A DNA stretch of 64,000 nt from Thermoleophilia bacterium (lineage in GTDB: Bacteria; Actinomycetota; Thermoleophilia; UBA2241): the NCBI GenBank assembly GCA_040772045.1, contig JAXGYV010000011.1, forward strand, positions 12,484 through 76,483, written 5' to 3'. The notes beneath the pieces were generated by a model that made no database searches, was not told the DNA's origin, and worked only from the letters and a program-made list of their open reading frames with translations. The number at the start of each line of letters is the position of its first letter. Position 1 is the first letter of the stretch. Both the position numbers and the translations under genes were made by a program. Below, piece after piece: positions 51,364 through 61,739 of the stretch.

Positions 51364-53739
51364 ATGAACGTCGTGGCAGAAGCATCGCGCTGGATCCGCG
51401 TGCAACAGGCCGCCGACCTCCTCGGCGTAAGCGCGAGCACCGTACGCCGCTGGGTCGCAGAAGGACGACTGGCCTGTCAGCGCACGCCGAGCGGACAACG
51501 CCGGTTCTTGGTCGAAGACCTCGAGCGTGCCTCGCATCAGGCGAACGCTCCAACCCACGACCACAGTCCGAGCTACAGAAACACTGAGGAGCGTTACCAG
51601 CTCTTGTTCGAGACGAGCCTCGAGCTCGCCTCCAGCCAGGAGCTAACCGAGGTCCTGCAATCGGCGGCACAGCGCCTGAGTGTCGCCCTCAGCATCCCCG
51701 ACTGCGACATCTATCGACTCGAGGATGCCCGGCACATCGTCTGTCTGGCGTCCTCGGCCAGGGGCGTCTACGACGCCGACTGGGTAGGACGGAAGTTCTG
51801 TCTTGACGACTGGCCCTGCGACCGACTCGCTGTTGAGACGCGGACGACGATCACCGTACGCGATCTCGCCGACCCACGGCTGAGTGAAGTGGAGCGCTGC
51901 GACCTGCGTGCTTATGGACAGTGCAGCTTCATGGCGCTGCCGCTGGTAGCACACGACCGAGTGATCGGCGTAGTCGATCTCCTCGACCACGCCGAGCGCG
52001 AGTTTACGGAGCAGGAGATCGTCACTGCCGAGGCGGTCGGCCAGCTCGTGGCCTTGGCACTCGAGCGAGCCCAGCTCTGCGAGGAGCTCAAACGCCTGCA
52101 CCTGAGCCATCTGCGCGCTTTGAGCTCAGCTCTAGGAGCTAAAGATTACTACTCACTGGGTCACGCTGGCCGTGTGGCCGCCTACATGGCCCTCTTGGGG
52201 AGCGAGCTTGGCTGGTCCGAGGACTACATCGAGAAGGTACAGAACGTCGCCTTTTTGCACGACATCGGCAAGATCGGCATCTCCGACCGCGTTCTGCTCA
52301 AACCGGGCCCACTTACCTCGGAGGAATGGGAGCTCGTACGCCAGCACCCTGCTATTGGCGCCGAGATCGTTCGGCCGCTGTTCGACGAGGAGCTCATCGC
52401 CAGCATACGCCACCATCACGAGCGCTTCGACGGAGACGGTTACCCTGATCGCCTCGCCGGCGAGGCGATCCCCCTGGCCGCCCGCGCTCTGTGCGTTGTC
52501 GACTGCTACGACGCTATGTCCTGCCAGCGTCCCTACCGGCGCGCCCTAAGCTACCCTCAGTGCCTCGCCGAGTTACGACGGTGCGCCGGTGCGCAGTTCG
52601 ACCCCGCGATAGTCGAGGCTTTTCGGCGTGCATTACAGCACCTCCAACAGCGCCGCGCACGTGCCATGCGGGTGGCCTCGCAAGCCGCGCAGCTCATCGA
52701 TCCTGTCGCGCATGCGCGACTGCGCACGCGCGCCGACGAGGCGCGCCCGGAGTACGAGAAGACGGTGAGCGCTCTCCGCGTACTGCGGAGACGCCATCCG
52801 TACGTCCGCTACATTACAAGCTTCGCTGTCCACAACGGGCAGTGCGTCACCGTGCTGGATACAGGAGAGACGGAGAGTGACGTCTCGCATATCGGCGATC
52901 CCTGGCTGCCAGACGACGAGCTCGCCAGCGTCCTGGCCGACGAGCACGTACTGTGCAATGTCATCAACAACGACAACTTCGGTGTCTGGATATCGGGCAC
53001 CGCCCCCATCCACGATGCCGAAGGGACGGTCGTCGCGGCGGTGACCGTGGATATACCCGCCGTGGACTCGCGCGGCCGGCCGCTACTGCACAACGACCGC
53101 TCACGCACACTGACGGCGACGTTGGAAGCCGCGGCAATCCGCTTCAGTCGCGCCGAAGTCGAAGCTATCACCGACGGCCTCACCGGACTCTACAACCACC
53201 GGTACCTCCACGAGCGCCTCGACGAGGAGCTGGAACGTGCGCAGCGCCGCGACAGCAAGCTCTCGTTGCTCTTCTGCGACTGCGACCGCTTCAAGGTCTA
53301 TAACGACACCTTCGGCCATAAGGCCGGCGATACTGCCCTGGCCCGCATGGCGCGCATTATCGCGGCCACCAGCCGGCGTTCCGACTTGGCGGCCCGGTAC
53401 GGCGGCGAGGAGTTCGTGCTGGTGCTCGTGGATACCGACACCGCGGGGGCGCTCGCCGTGGCCGAGTATCTCCGCGCCGAGATCGAGCTCTCAAGCGCTC
53501 GGAGCAAGTACCCGCTGACCATCAGCATCGGCATCGCCACCTTTCCCGACGACGCCGGTACTCGCGACGAACTCCTCGACAAAGCGGATTGGGCCATGTA
53601 TGCGGCCAAGCGCGCTGGGCGCAACTGCGTGCATGCCTTCTCGGACGGCATCGATCCGCGGCCGGCGGCGCGGCCGCGGACCATGCCGCCGCCGTCACGC
53701 CGCGATCGACGAACGCGAGTCGGACAGGCGCTGGCGTAA
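51364..53739 (+). CDS. multidomain c-di-GMP signalling protein: MerR/excisionase-type HTH – GAF – HD-GYP – sensor – GGDEF
   Basis: VQQAADLLGVSASTVRRWV (HTH). HDIGKIGISD...HHERFDGDGYP (HD-GYP). RYGGEEFVLVL and DGLTGLYNHRYL (GGDEF). Confidence 0.8.
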   Translation: MNVVAEASRWIRVQQAADLLGVSASTVRRWVAEGRLACQRTPSGQRRFLVEDLERASHQANAPTHDHSPSYRNTEERYQLLFETSLELASSQELTEVLQSAAQRLSVALSIPDCDIYRLEDARHIVCLASSARGVYDADWVGRKFCLDDWPCDRLAVETRTTITVRDLADPRLSEVERCDLRAYGQCSFMALPLVAHDRVIGVVDLLDHAEREFTEQEIVTAEAVGQLVALALERAQLCEELKRLHLSHLRALSSALGAKDYYSLGHAGRVAAYMALLGSELGWSEDYIEKVQNVAFLHDIGKIGISDRVLLKPGPLTSEEWELVRQHPAIGAEIVRPLFDEELIASIRHHHERFDGDGYPDRLAGEAIPLAARALCVVDCYDAMSCQRPYRRALSYPQCLAELRRCAGAQFDPAIVEAFRRALQHLQQRRARAMRVASQAAQLIDPVAHARLRTRADEARPEYEKTVSALRVLRRRHPYVRYITSFAVHNGQCVTVLDTGETESDVSHIGDPWLPDDELASVLADEHVLCNVINNDNFGVWISGTAPIHDAEGTVVAAVTVDIPAVDSRGRPLLHNDRSRTLTATLEAAAIRFSRAEVEAITDGLTGLYNHRYLHERLDEELERAQRRDSKLSLLFCDCDRFKVYNDTFGHKAGDTALARMARIIAATSRRSDLAARYGGEEFVLVLVDTDTAGALAVAEYLRAEIELSSARSKYPLTISIGIATFPDDAGTRDELLDKADWAMYAAKRAGRNCVHAFSDGIDPRPAARPRTMPPPSRRDRRTRVGQALA

Positions 53740-53982
53740 CTCTCCTCACCAGATGCGGCACCTGTCGGAGGCCTCACAGTCGCCGCGGCGTGCCCCGCGA
53801 ACGCGTCGCGGAACACCGCAACCACCATGGTTTTGTACGAGGATCGCACGTACGGTACTGTCCGCCCCAGTGCTCGTGCTCGTTCCGCGCGGAAGCACAC
53901 TGAGGGGCGGCGGCGACGCCGACACGAGGACTGACTGATGGGAGCACATGCACAAGCATCCCTCTCCGGCGAGAGGTCATCC

Positions 53983-56553
53983 ATGATCGCCGAGTTGAAG
54001 GACCTCGGCCTCGTTGGGCTCACGTCCGCCGAGGCGGCCGAGCGGCTGCGCGCCGACGGCCCAAACGAGCTCCCCCTGGCGAAAAGACGCAACCTCCTGC
54101 AGCAGGCGTGGGATGTTATCCGCGAGCCGATGCTCCTCTTGCTGCTAGGCGCTGGCGGCGTGAACTTCCTGCTCGCGGAACCGCTCGACGGCGCCATCCT
54201 TATGTCCTTCGTGCTCGTCGTGATCGCCATCGAGGTCTACCAGGAACACAAGACCGAGAACGCCCTCGTCGCCCTGCGTGACCTCTCGGCACCCCGCGCC
54301 CTCGTACTGCGCGACGGCGAGCGCATGCGCATCCCCGGCCGCGAGGTGGTCCGCGGCGACTACCTCCTGCTCGCCGAAGGCGACCGCGTCCCCGCCGACG
54401 CCACGCTGCTCGAGTGCGTGAACTTTTCCATAGACGAATCGACGCTCACCGGCGAATCCGTGCCGGTACGCAAGACCGAGTGCGGTCAGGGGACAGCAAA
54501 CGAGCCACTGGGCCGTCCTGGCGGTGACGCTACACCGTGGGTCTTCTCCGGGACGCTGGTTGTGAAGGGTCAGGGCATCGCCCTCGTCAAAGAGACGGGA
54601 GCAGGTACCGAGCTCGGCCAGATCGGTACCGCACTGCGTACCGTGGAGACCGAGCGCACTCCTCTTCAGCACGAGATCGATCGCCTGGTGACCACCATCG
54701 CCCTCCTCGGTATGGGGGCGGCCGCGCTCGTCATCGTCGTCTATGGGTTAACACGCGGCCAGTGGCTCCAAGGAACACTCGCTGGCATCGGCACCGCCAT
54801 GGCCATGCTGCCAGAGGAGTTCCCCGTCGTGTTGGCCGTCTTCCTCGCGCTCGGCGCTTGGCGGCTCTCGCAGAAGCACGTCCTTACACGACGCGCACCT
54901 GTGCTCGAGGCACTCGGCTCCGCGACGGTACTCTGCGTCGACAAGACCGGCACACTCACGATGAACCAGATGACCGTGCGCGAGCTCATCGTGGAAGGTG
55001 AGTCGTACTTGATCGGTGGGGGCCCGCTACCCGAGCGGTTCCACAAGATCAGCGAGTTCGCCGTACTGGCCTCACCCATCGATCCCTTCGACCCCATGGA
55101 CACGGCCTTCAAAGTGCTCGGCGAGCAGTACCTGGCGGAGACCGAGCACCTGCACGCCGACTGGAGCCTGGTGCGAGAATACCCGCTCTCGGAACGGCTC
55201 CTGGCGCTCTCGCACGTGTGGCGCTCCCCCCGCGGCGATCAATTTGTGATCGCCGCCAAAGGAGCGCCGGAGGCCATCGCCGACCTGTGTCACTTCGACG
55301 CGGAACAGCTTGCCGCCCTCACGGGGCAAGTCGAGACGGCGACCGCGAGCGGCCAACGCGTCCTCGGCGTAGCACGGGCATCCTTCAGCCTGCACGAAGG
55401 ACTGCCCCCCGAACAGCACGACTTCGACTTCGAGTACCTGGGGCTTGCCGGGCTGCACGACCCCGTCCGGCCCGGCGTCGCCGAGGCGGTCGCCGAGTGC
55501 GCGCGGGCCGGCATACGTACGGTGATGGTCACCGGCGACTACCCCGGCACCGCGCTGGCGATCGCCCGCGAACTCGGGCTGGATCACTCTGAGGGCTGCA
55601 TCACCGGCCCCGAGCTCGCCACCATGTCGGATGAAGAGCTCGCGCGGCGGATCGGCTCGGTGAGCGTGTTCGCACGCATGGTTCCCGAGCAGAAGCTGCA
55701 GCTCATCCGGGCGCTCAAGGCGAACGGCGAGGTGGTAGGCATGACCGGGGACGGCGTGAACGATGCCCCCGCGCTGCGCGCCTCCGACATCGGCATCGCC
55801 ATGGGTGGACGCGGCACAGATGTAGCCCGTGAGTCGGCGGCCATCGTCATCACCGACGACGACTTCTCATCTATCGCTGGAGGCGTGCGTCAGGGACGCG
55901 GTATCTTCGACAACCTCCGCAAGGCGATGTCGTACATCATCGCGGTACACGTGCCCATCGCCGGCATGTCGCTCATCCCGGTGTTCGTCTCTGGCTGGCC
56001 GCTCGTGCTGCTGCCCGTGCAGATCGCGTTCCTCGAGCTCATCATCGACCCCGCCTGCTCCGTAGTCTTCGAAGCCGAGCAAGTTGATCCCGAGATCATG
56101 GAACGGCCGCCGAGAGGTCTGGGAGAGCCGATGTTCGGACGACGCGTGCTCGCCATCGCGTTCGCGCAGGGCATCTCGGTACTGGTCGCCGTCTTCGGCA
56201 TCTACCTCTGGGGCGTCCTCACCGACCGCAGCGCCGAAGTAGTACGCTCGCTCACCTTCGCGACGCTCGTGATCAGCAACCTCGCGCTGATCCTCGTGAA
56301 CCGCTCATGGCGACTCCCCATTTGGCGTTCGCTGAAGGAGAGGAAGAACCGCACCTTGCGCTGGATCCTCGGGGGCGCCATCGTACTGCTAACCGCCGTC
56401 CTGACGGTCCCGGGCCTCCGTACCGCCTTCCATTTCGGACGCATCTCCTGGATCGAAGGGCTCATTACCCTGATCGCCGGATTCATCGGCGTCGCCTGGT
56501 TCGAGGTGCGCAAGGCACTCGCCACGGCGAGGGCGCGAGACCGCGCCGTCTGA
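53983..56553 (+). CDS. P-type cation-transporting ATPase (PIIA-like)
   Basis: CVDKTGTLT phosphorylation motif, MVTGDYPGTA, GMTGDGVNDAPAL. GAGAGG RBS before ATG 53983. Confidence 0.85.
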   Translation: MIAELKDLGLVGLTSAEAAERLRADGPNELPLAKRRNLLQQAWDVIREPMLLLLLGAGGVNFLLAEPLDGAILMSFVLVVIAIEVYQEHKTENALVALRDLSAPRALVLRDGERMRIPGREVVRGDYLLLAEGDRVPADATLLECVNFSIDESTLTGESVPVRKTECGQGTANEPLGRPGGDATPWVFSGTLVVKGQGIALVKETGAGTELGQIGTALRTVETERTPLQHEIDRLVTTIALLGMGAAALVIVVYGLTRGQWLQGTLAGIGTAMAMLPEEFPVVLAVFLALGAWRLSQKHVLTRRAPVLEALGSATVLCVDKTGTLTMNQMTVRELIVEGESYLIGGGPLPERFHKISEFAVLASPIDPFDPMDTAFKVLGEQYLAETEHLHADWSLVREYPLSERLLALSHVWRSPRGDQFVIAAKGAPEAIADLCHFDAEQLAALTGQVETATASGQRVLGVARASFSLHEGLPPEQHDFDFEYLGLAGLHDPVRPGVAEAVAECARAGIRTVMVTGDYPGTALAIARELGLDHSEGCITGPELATMSDEELARRIGSVSVFARMVPEQKLQLIRALKANGEVVGMTGDGVNDAPALRASDIGIAMGGRGTDVARESAAIVITDDDFSSIAGGVRQGRGIFDNLRKAMSYIIAVHVPIAGMSLIPVFVSGWPLVLLPVQIAFLELIIDPACSVVFEAEQVDPEIMERPPRGLGEPMFGRRVLAIAFAQGISVLVAVFGIYLWGVLTDRSAEVVRSLTFATLVISNLALILVNRSWRLPIWRSLKERKNRTLRWILGGAIVLLTAVLTVPGLRTAFHFGRISWIEGLITLIAGFIGVAWFEVRKALATARARDRAV

Positions 56554-56690
56554 CGCGGGCATCGCCGGCCAGCCCTCTCGAGACGCGTGCCCGTGCCGTA
56601 ACGAGGCAGGTTACTCGCCCGACGACATCGGGCAATCACTTCCTGAAATGGCTCGTTTGCAGATCTCCCGCCGTTGAGGAAGTGACACTC

Positions 56691-57518
56691 ATGACCCGTC
56701 CACTCTGGAAAGGCACTATCAGCTTCGGCCTCGTAAGCATCCCCGTTCGCGTCTACTCCGCGACGCGTTCCAACGACCTCCGCTTTCGCCAGCTCGACCG
56801 GCAAGATGCGTCGCCCATTCGCGAGCGGCGTATCAGCGAGTCAACCGGCAGAGAGGTGCCGTGGGACGACATCGTGAAGGGATATGAGTACGAGAAGGGC
56901 TCGTTCGTGGTGCTCGATCCCGAGGATTTCACACGCGCGAACGTTAAGGCCACCGAGACCATCGAGATCATGCAGGCGGTGCCCCGCGATGCCGTGGCAC
57001 CCGAGTACTTCATGACACCCTACTTCGTGGTCCCCGCGAAGTCCGGCATTAAGCCGTATCACCTCCTGCGCGAGGCTCTGCTGCGAACCGAGCGCAGTGC
57101 GATCGCCACTGTAGTTATGCGCGGGCATCAGCATCTCGCTGCCCTGCTGGCCAACGAGCACGTTCTGATGCTCGAGCTCCTCCGCTTCTCCCACGAGCTC
57201 AAAGCCGTCTCCGACCTGGAGCTCGACTACGACATCTCCGCCGCGACGCCCACGCCTAAGGAGATCGAGCTGGCGGAGCTGCTCGTGACGGCACTCGACG
57301 CCCCGTGGCAGCCAGAGCGCTACCGCGATGAATACCGCGACGATTTGCTCGCGCTCATCGAACAGAAGGCGAAGAGGAGCGCGGCGCCAGCGCGCGACGG
57401 AGCGAGCGCGCCACAGGACACGCCGAGCGAGGTCATCGATATCATGGAGTTGCTCAAGAAGAGCGTCGGACAAGCGCGGGAGCGCAAGCGTCCGCGCACC
57501 CGCCGCGCCGCGAGCTGA
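56691..57518 (+). CDS. ku: Ku (NHEJ DNA end-binding protein)
   Basis: MTRPLWKGTISFGLVSIPVRVYSA canonical Ku N-terminus; GAGGAAG RBS. Confidence 0.9.
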   Translation: MTRPLWKGTISFGLVSIPVRVYSATRSNDLRFRQLDRQDASPIRERRISESTGREVPWDDIVKGYEYEKGSFVVLDPEDFTRANVKATETIEIMQAVPRDAVAPEYFMTPYFVVPAKSGIKPYHLLREALLRTERSAIATVVMRGHQHLAALLANEHVLMLELLRFSHELKAVSDLELDYDISAATPTPKEIELAELLVTALDAPWQPERYRDEYRDDLLALIEQKAKRSAAPARDGASAPQDTPSEVIDIMELLKKSVGQARERKRPRTRRAAS

Positions 57519-57521
57519 CTC

Positions 57522-60200
57522 ATGGCCCGCCTCGACAGGTATCGCGACAAACGCGATTTCAGCAAGACCGGCGAGCCTGAGGGGCGCTCGTCGCGCCGGC
57601 GAGCGCCTCAAACCACAGAGGACATCTTCGTCGTCCAGAAACACGCCGCACGCCGCCTGCACTACGACCTGCGGCTCCAGCTCGACGGCGTCCTGAAGAG
57701 CTGGGCCGTTCCCAAGGGTCCGAGCCTCGATCCAGCGGTGCGCCGACTCGCCGTTCACGTGGAGGACCACCCCCTGGAGTACGCCACGTTTGAAGGCGTT
57801 ATCCCGGAGGGTGAGTACGGCGGCGGGACGGTGATGCTTTGGGATGCCGGCCACTGGGAGCCGATCGGAGACGCCAGAGAAGGGTACCGCCGCGGCGAGC
57901 TTAAGCTCCGCCTCAACGGACACCGCCTGCGCGGCGGCTGGGCCTTAGTTCGTCTGCCCGCCCGCGCACAGCCTGACCGTGCCGGTCAGAGCACTACGGA
58001 AGGTAAAGACTGGCTGCTCATCAAGGAGAAGGATGAGCACGCGCAACCGGGACGTCGCGACTCGTGGACCGACGATGACCGCAGCGTCGCGAGCCGCCGC
58101 ACCATGCGCGAGATCGCCGCTGGCGCGACGCCGCCAGCGCACGAACAGCACGCTGCCCGGCAGCAGGGCGTTCGCGAAGGACGAAACTCTGGCAGCTCAG
58201 CTCCACCGCTCGGGCTCGCCGGCGTTGAGCTGGCCACGCTAGTCAAGCAGACACCCGAGGGCGACCAGTGGGTGCATGAAATCAAGTTCGACGGGTACCG
58301 CATGCTGGCGCGCTTGGAGCATGGCGGCGTGGCTCTCTTCACGCGGAACGGCCTCGACTGGACAGCTCGCTTCCCACGACTAGCGACGGAGATCGCGGAG
58401 CTCGAGGCCACCTCTGCGGTGCTCGACGGCGAGGTCGTAGCGTATCGCGCCAACGGAATCAGCGACTTCGCCACGCTCCAGCGGATGCTGCGCGAGGGCA
58501 AAGACGAAGGCTTGACGTATATGGCATTCGACCTGTTACACCTGAACGGCAGCGATACCCGCGCGCTCCCGCTGACCGAGCGCAAGAGACTGCTCGCCCA
58601 ACTCCTGGAGAGCCAACGTCACTCGCCCTCGAACCTGCGCTTGAGCGAGCACGTCAGCGGCGCGGGAGCGGCGTTCTACGCCGCAGCCTGTCGCCATGGT
58701 TTGGAAGGAGTGGTATCGAAGCGCGCCCAGAGCGCCTACACGAGCGGCCGTACGCGCTCCTGGCTCAAGGTCAAATGCAGATGGCGGCAGGAGTTCGTCG
58801 TCGGCGGCTACACCGACCCGGCCGGTAGCAGAACCGGCTTTGGAGCGCTGCTCGTGGGCACCTACGACACGCATGGACACCTACGCTACGCCGGCAAAGT
58901 GGGAGCCGGATTCGGCGACGCCGACCTGCGGCGTCTGGCCTCGCTGCTCAAAGCCAGACGCCGCGCATCGTCGCCCTTCGCTGATGCAGAGGCTCCGCAC
59001 TTCGTGAACTGGAGCACGCCCTCGCTCGTCATCGAAGCGGCGTTCGCTGGATGGACGGCCGCGGGCAGGGTGCGCCAAGCCGTCTTCAAGGGCGTGCGCA
59101 CCGACAAGCGGCCACGGGACGTCCGTCGAGAGGAACCGGGCGACGCTGACAGCGCGTCGCCGCACTTCGTACAGGGCGCTGCATCGAGCGACACGCGGGA
59201 CGCGCCCTCGAGCAGCACGCCGAGCACGACCGCGGACACCGCGGCGAACGCGCCCCCGGCACTGGCCGTGGCGCGGCCTGCCCACGAGGCCGGCGGCGCA
59301 GACTCCGACCCCACCGGCCTGCGCATCTCGCATCCAGACCGCGTCATCTACGCCGACATCGGCATGAGCAAGCTCGACGTCGTGCGATACTACGAAGCCG
59401 TCGCGGAACGCATGCTCCCGCACCTCGCCGGACGACCGCTCACCGTTGTGCGTTGCCCCCGAGGGACGGCGGAGAACTGCTTCTTCCAGAAACACGCCAA
59501 CGCTTCGGTGCCCGACCGCATCACTAGAGTCGCGGTGCGCACCGAGCACAGCGTCGTGAACTACCCAGTGATTACAGATCTCGACGCCCTTCTCACGATG
59601 GTGCAGCTTGGCGCGCTTGAGTTCCACATCTGGGGGTCCAAGGAGACGCAGCTTGAGCGCCCGGACCGAATGGTCTTCGACCTGGACCCCGCCCCAGAGG
59701 TTCCGTGGAAGGACGTGCGAACAGCGGCGCGAGTGCTACGCGACAGTCTGGCAAGCTACGGTTTACAGAGTCTGGCCATGACGACGGGCGGTAAAGGGCT
59801 GCACGTGATCGTACCGCTCCAGCCACTGGCCGACTGGCACACCATAGGCGCCTTTGCCCGAAACGTCGCACAGAGCCTGGCGGCACGAGAGCCCCAGAAG
59901 TACACCACTACGATGGCGAAGGCCAAACGTACGGGCAAGATCTTCATCGACACCTTTCGTAACAGACGCGGCGCGACGGCGGTGGCGCCATACTCGCTGC
60001 GCGCCAGAGACGGGGCCCCGGCGGCCACTCCACTGGCGTGGAACGAACTCGGGAGAACCGCCGGCGGCGCGGCTTGGACGGCATCCAGCGTGCCGCGCCG
60101 TCTGCGCGCGCAAGCGGCTGACCCGTGGAAAGACTACAGCCGCCTCGCCGCGCAGCGCCTACCGCAGCAAGCGTTCGACCTCTCATTCACCGCCCCCTGA
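57522..60200 (+). CDS. ligD: multidomain ATP-dependent DNA ligase LigD (phosphoesterase – ligase – polymerase order)
   Basis: PE domain (VVQKHAARRLHYDLRL...WAVPKGPSLDP). Ligase KxDG (HEIKFDGYRM). Pol/primase domain (SHPDRVIY..., TVVRCPRG, FFQKH). Confidence 0.9.
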   Translation: MARLDRYRDKRDFSKTGEPEGRSSRRRAPQTTEDIFVVQKHAARRLHYDLRLQLDGVLKSWAVPKGPSLDPAVRRLAVHVEDHPLEYATFEGVIPEGEYGGGTVMLWDAGHWEPIGDAREGYRRGELKLRLNGHRLRGGWALVRLPARAQPDRAGQSTTEGKDWLLIKEKDEHAQPGRRDSWTDDDRSVASRRTMREIAAGATPPAHEQHAARQQGVREGRNSGSSAPPLGLAGVELATLVKQTPEGDQWVHEIKFDGYRMLARLEHGGVALFTRNGLDWTARFPRLATEIAELEATSAVLDGEVVAYRANGISDFATLQRMLREGKDEGLTYMAFDLLHLNGSDTRALPLTERKRLLAQLLESQRHSPSNLRLSEHVSGAGAAFYAAACRHGLEGVVSKRAQSAYTSGRTRSWLKVKCRWRQEFVVGGYTDPAGSRTGFGALLVGTYDTHGHLRYAGKVGAGFGDADLRRLASLLKARRRASSPFADAEAPHFVNWSTPSLVIEAAFAGWTAAGRVRQAVFKGVRTDKRPRDVRREEPGDADSASPHFVQGAASSDTRDAPSSSTPSTTADTAANAPPALAVARPAHEAGGADSDPTGLRISHPDRVIYADIGMSKLDVVRYYEAVAERMLPHLAGRPLTVVRCPRGTAENCFFQKHANASVPDRITRVAVRTEHSVVNYPVITDLDALLTMVQLGALEFHIWGSKETQLERPDRMVFDLDPAPEVPWKDVRTAARVLRDSLASYGLQSLAMTTGGKGLHVIVPLQPLADWHTIGAFARNVAQSLAAREPQKYTTTMAKAKRTGKIFIDTFRNRRGATAVAPYSLRARDGAPAATPLAWNELGRTAGGAAWTASSVPRRLRAQAADPWKDYSRLAAQRLPQQAFDLSFTAP

Positions 60201-60299
60201 GGGCGTTCTGCTCGAGAGATCGACCGCGACAGCACAACCGGCCAGCTAAAGCGCGCGGAACGATCAATCCCAGCGGCGCCCCCTCCTGACGGAGCGGCG

Positions 60300-61427
60300 C
60301 TATCTCCCCTCGAGCACCTTCCCGAAAACGTCCAGCGTCTGGGTCGCCACGTTCTCCCAACTGAGCGTCTGCTCGGCTCGCTGCCGGCCACCTGCCCCAA
60401 GCTCTTTTCTGAGGCTTTCGTCTGCCAACAGCCGGCCGATCGCCGAGGCGAGCTTCTCCGGCGAGGCGGGCGGGACCATGAGCCCTGCACCCGAGACGTA
60501 TTCCACATGTCCTAGAATATCCGTCGCCACAACCGGCACGGCGTTCCCCATCGCGTGAGCGGCCGGAAAATACCCTGCATACCCCGTATATGGGATCACA
60601 CACACCAGGCTCTTCTGGTGTTCGGCAATCAACTCGGATTCGTCGCTGAAACTCTGCCATTCCAGGAGGTTGGCAACACCCTGTTCCGTAGCCAACCGCA
60701 CAGCGTACTCTTTCTCGTCACCCATGAAGAAGCCATAGATCTTTGTCCGCAGTTGTACGCCGTTCTCCTTCAGGAGACGAAGGGCAACTACATAGTGCTC
60801 GAAGCCTTTGATCTGAGGAATTGGCGAGCCACAGAAGATGATGAGCTGGTCTTTCTGCACCTCCTCCAGAGCAGGCAGAGACGTGCCATGGTGGATGGAG
60901 AAGACTTTGTCTGGCTCTACCCCATCCTTGATCAGCGCTTCTCTCATATACTCGCTGAACGTGATAACGCCATCGGCCTTGTTATACACCCGGTTGAGCT
61001 CAGGGTTGTCCTTTTGGATTTGGTCGAGCTTGTGGATGGTCACGATCTTCTTGGCCCGTGAACTGCTGGAAAGAAACGACTTGAGAGCCTCGTACCCAAA
61101 AGCGTACGACGATTGCTGGAAATCGACCACATCGAAGTCGCTGGCACGCGACGCGAAGGAACGGCCGCGCAGATACTCGAGCGGCGCGTAGAGCTGTGAC
61201 CTTACGAGATGCTTGAGTCGCGTGCGCGAAGGCCGTCTCGTAAGATACGGAATATTAATGAACTCGTAGTATTCGTTGACTGGGTTTCTCTTATCAAAAC
61301 ACATGCAGTTCGTTGTAATGACGGGGACTTCATTTTCCGTGAGTACTTCCAGTGATTGCTGGAGATGGAAGGAGTAAATCGGATAGATCCGCATATTCGA
61401 CCAACAACAAAGCAACCCGATCTTCAT
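60300..61427 (-). CDS. GT4-family glycosyltransferase, markedly lower GC (~55%)
   Basis: C-terminal GT1/GT4 fold ending ...ENVATQTLDVFGKVLEGR; 5' third of the gene is conspicuously AT-rich. Confidence 0.7.
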   Translation of the reverse strand: MKIGLLCCWSNMRIYPIYSFHLQQSLEVLTENEVPVITTNCMCFDKRNPVNEYYEFINIPYLTRRPSRTRLKHLVRSQLYAPLEYLRGRSFASRASDFDVVDFQQSSYAFGYEALKSFLSSSSRAKKIVTIHKLDQIQKDNPELNRVYNKADGVITFSEYMREALIKDGVEPDKVFSIHHGTSLPALEEVQKDQLIIFCGSPIPQIKGFEHYVVALRLLKENGVQLRTKIYGFFMGDEKEYAVRLATEQGVANLLEWQSFSDESELIAEHQKSLVCVIPYTGYAGYFPAAHAMGNAVPVVATDILGHVEYVSGAGLMVPPASPEKLASAIGRLLADESLRKELGAGGRQRAEQTLSWENVATQTLDVFGKVLEGR

Positions 61428-61739
61428 AGCTATTACTCCGTAATGAGCGGTTGAGTAAAGACCATCTCCCTAGCGATCCTGGTAGTTCCGACGCGAGCTG
61501 ACACAGCGAATAAGGCCGCCGCGTGCTTCAGGACCTCCTCCATGCGGCATGGCTCCTTTCCTCCTCAGTCCGAGAACCATGCTGCCCGCCGGCAACTTCA
61601 GGCCGGCGCTCGCTGATCTATGCAGGGGCGTCCTTTCTCGTCGCCGGTAGATCATCGTTGACTCAGCATTATTCCATGCCGATGAGAAGAAGAGTGTACA
61701 TGCCGTAACTTCCCAGCGGTCACCGAGCTTACCTGGCCG

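Noticed and set aside
60201-60299. Terminator between convergent ligD and GT4 genes
   Set aside because: The segment contains direct repeats (cagcggcgcc / gagcggcgct), not a complementary stem; no convincing hairpin.
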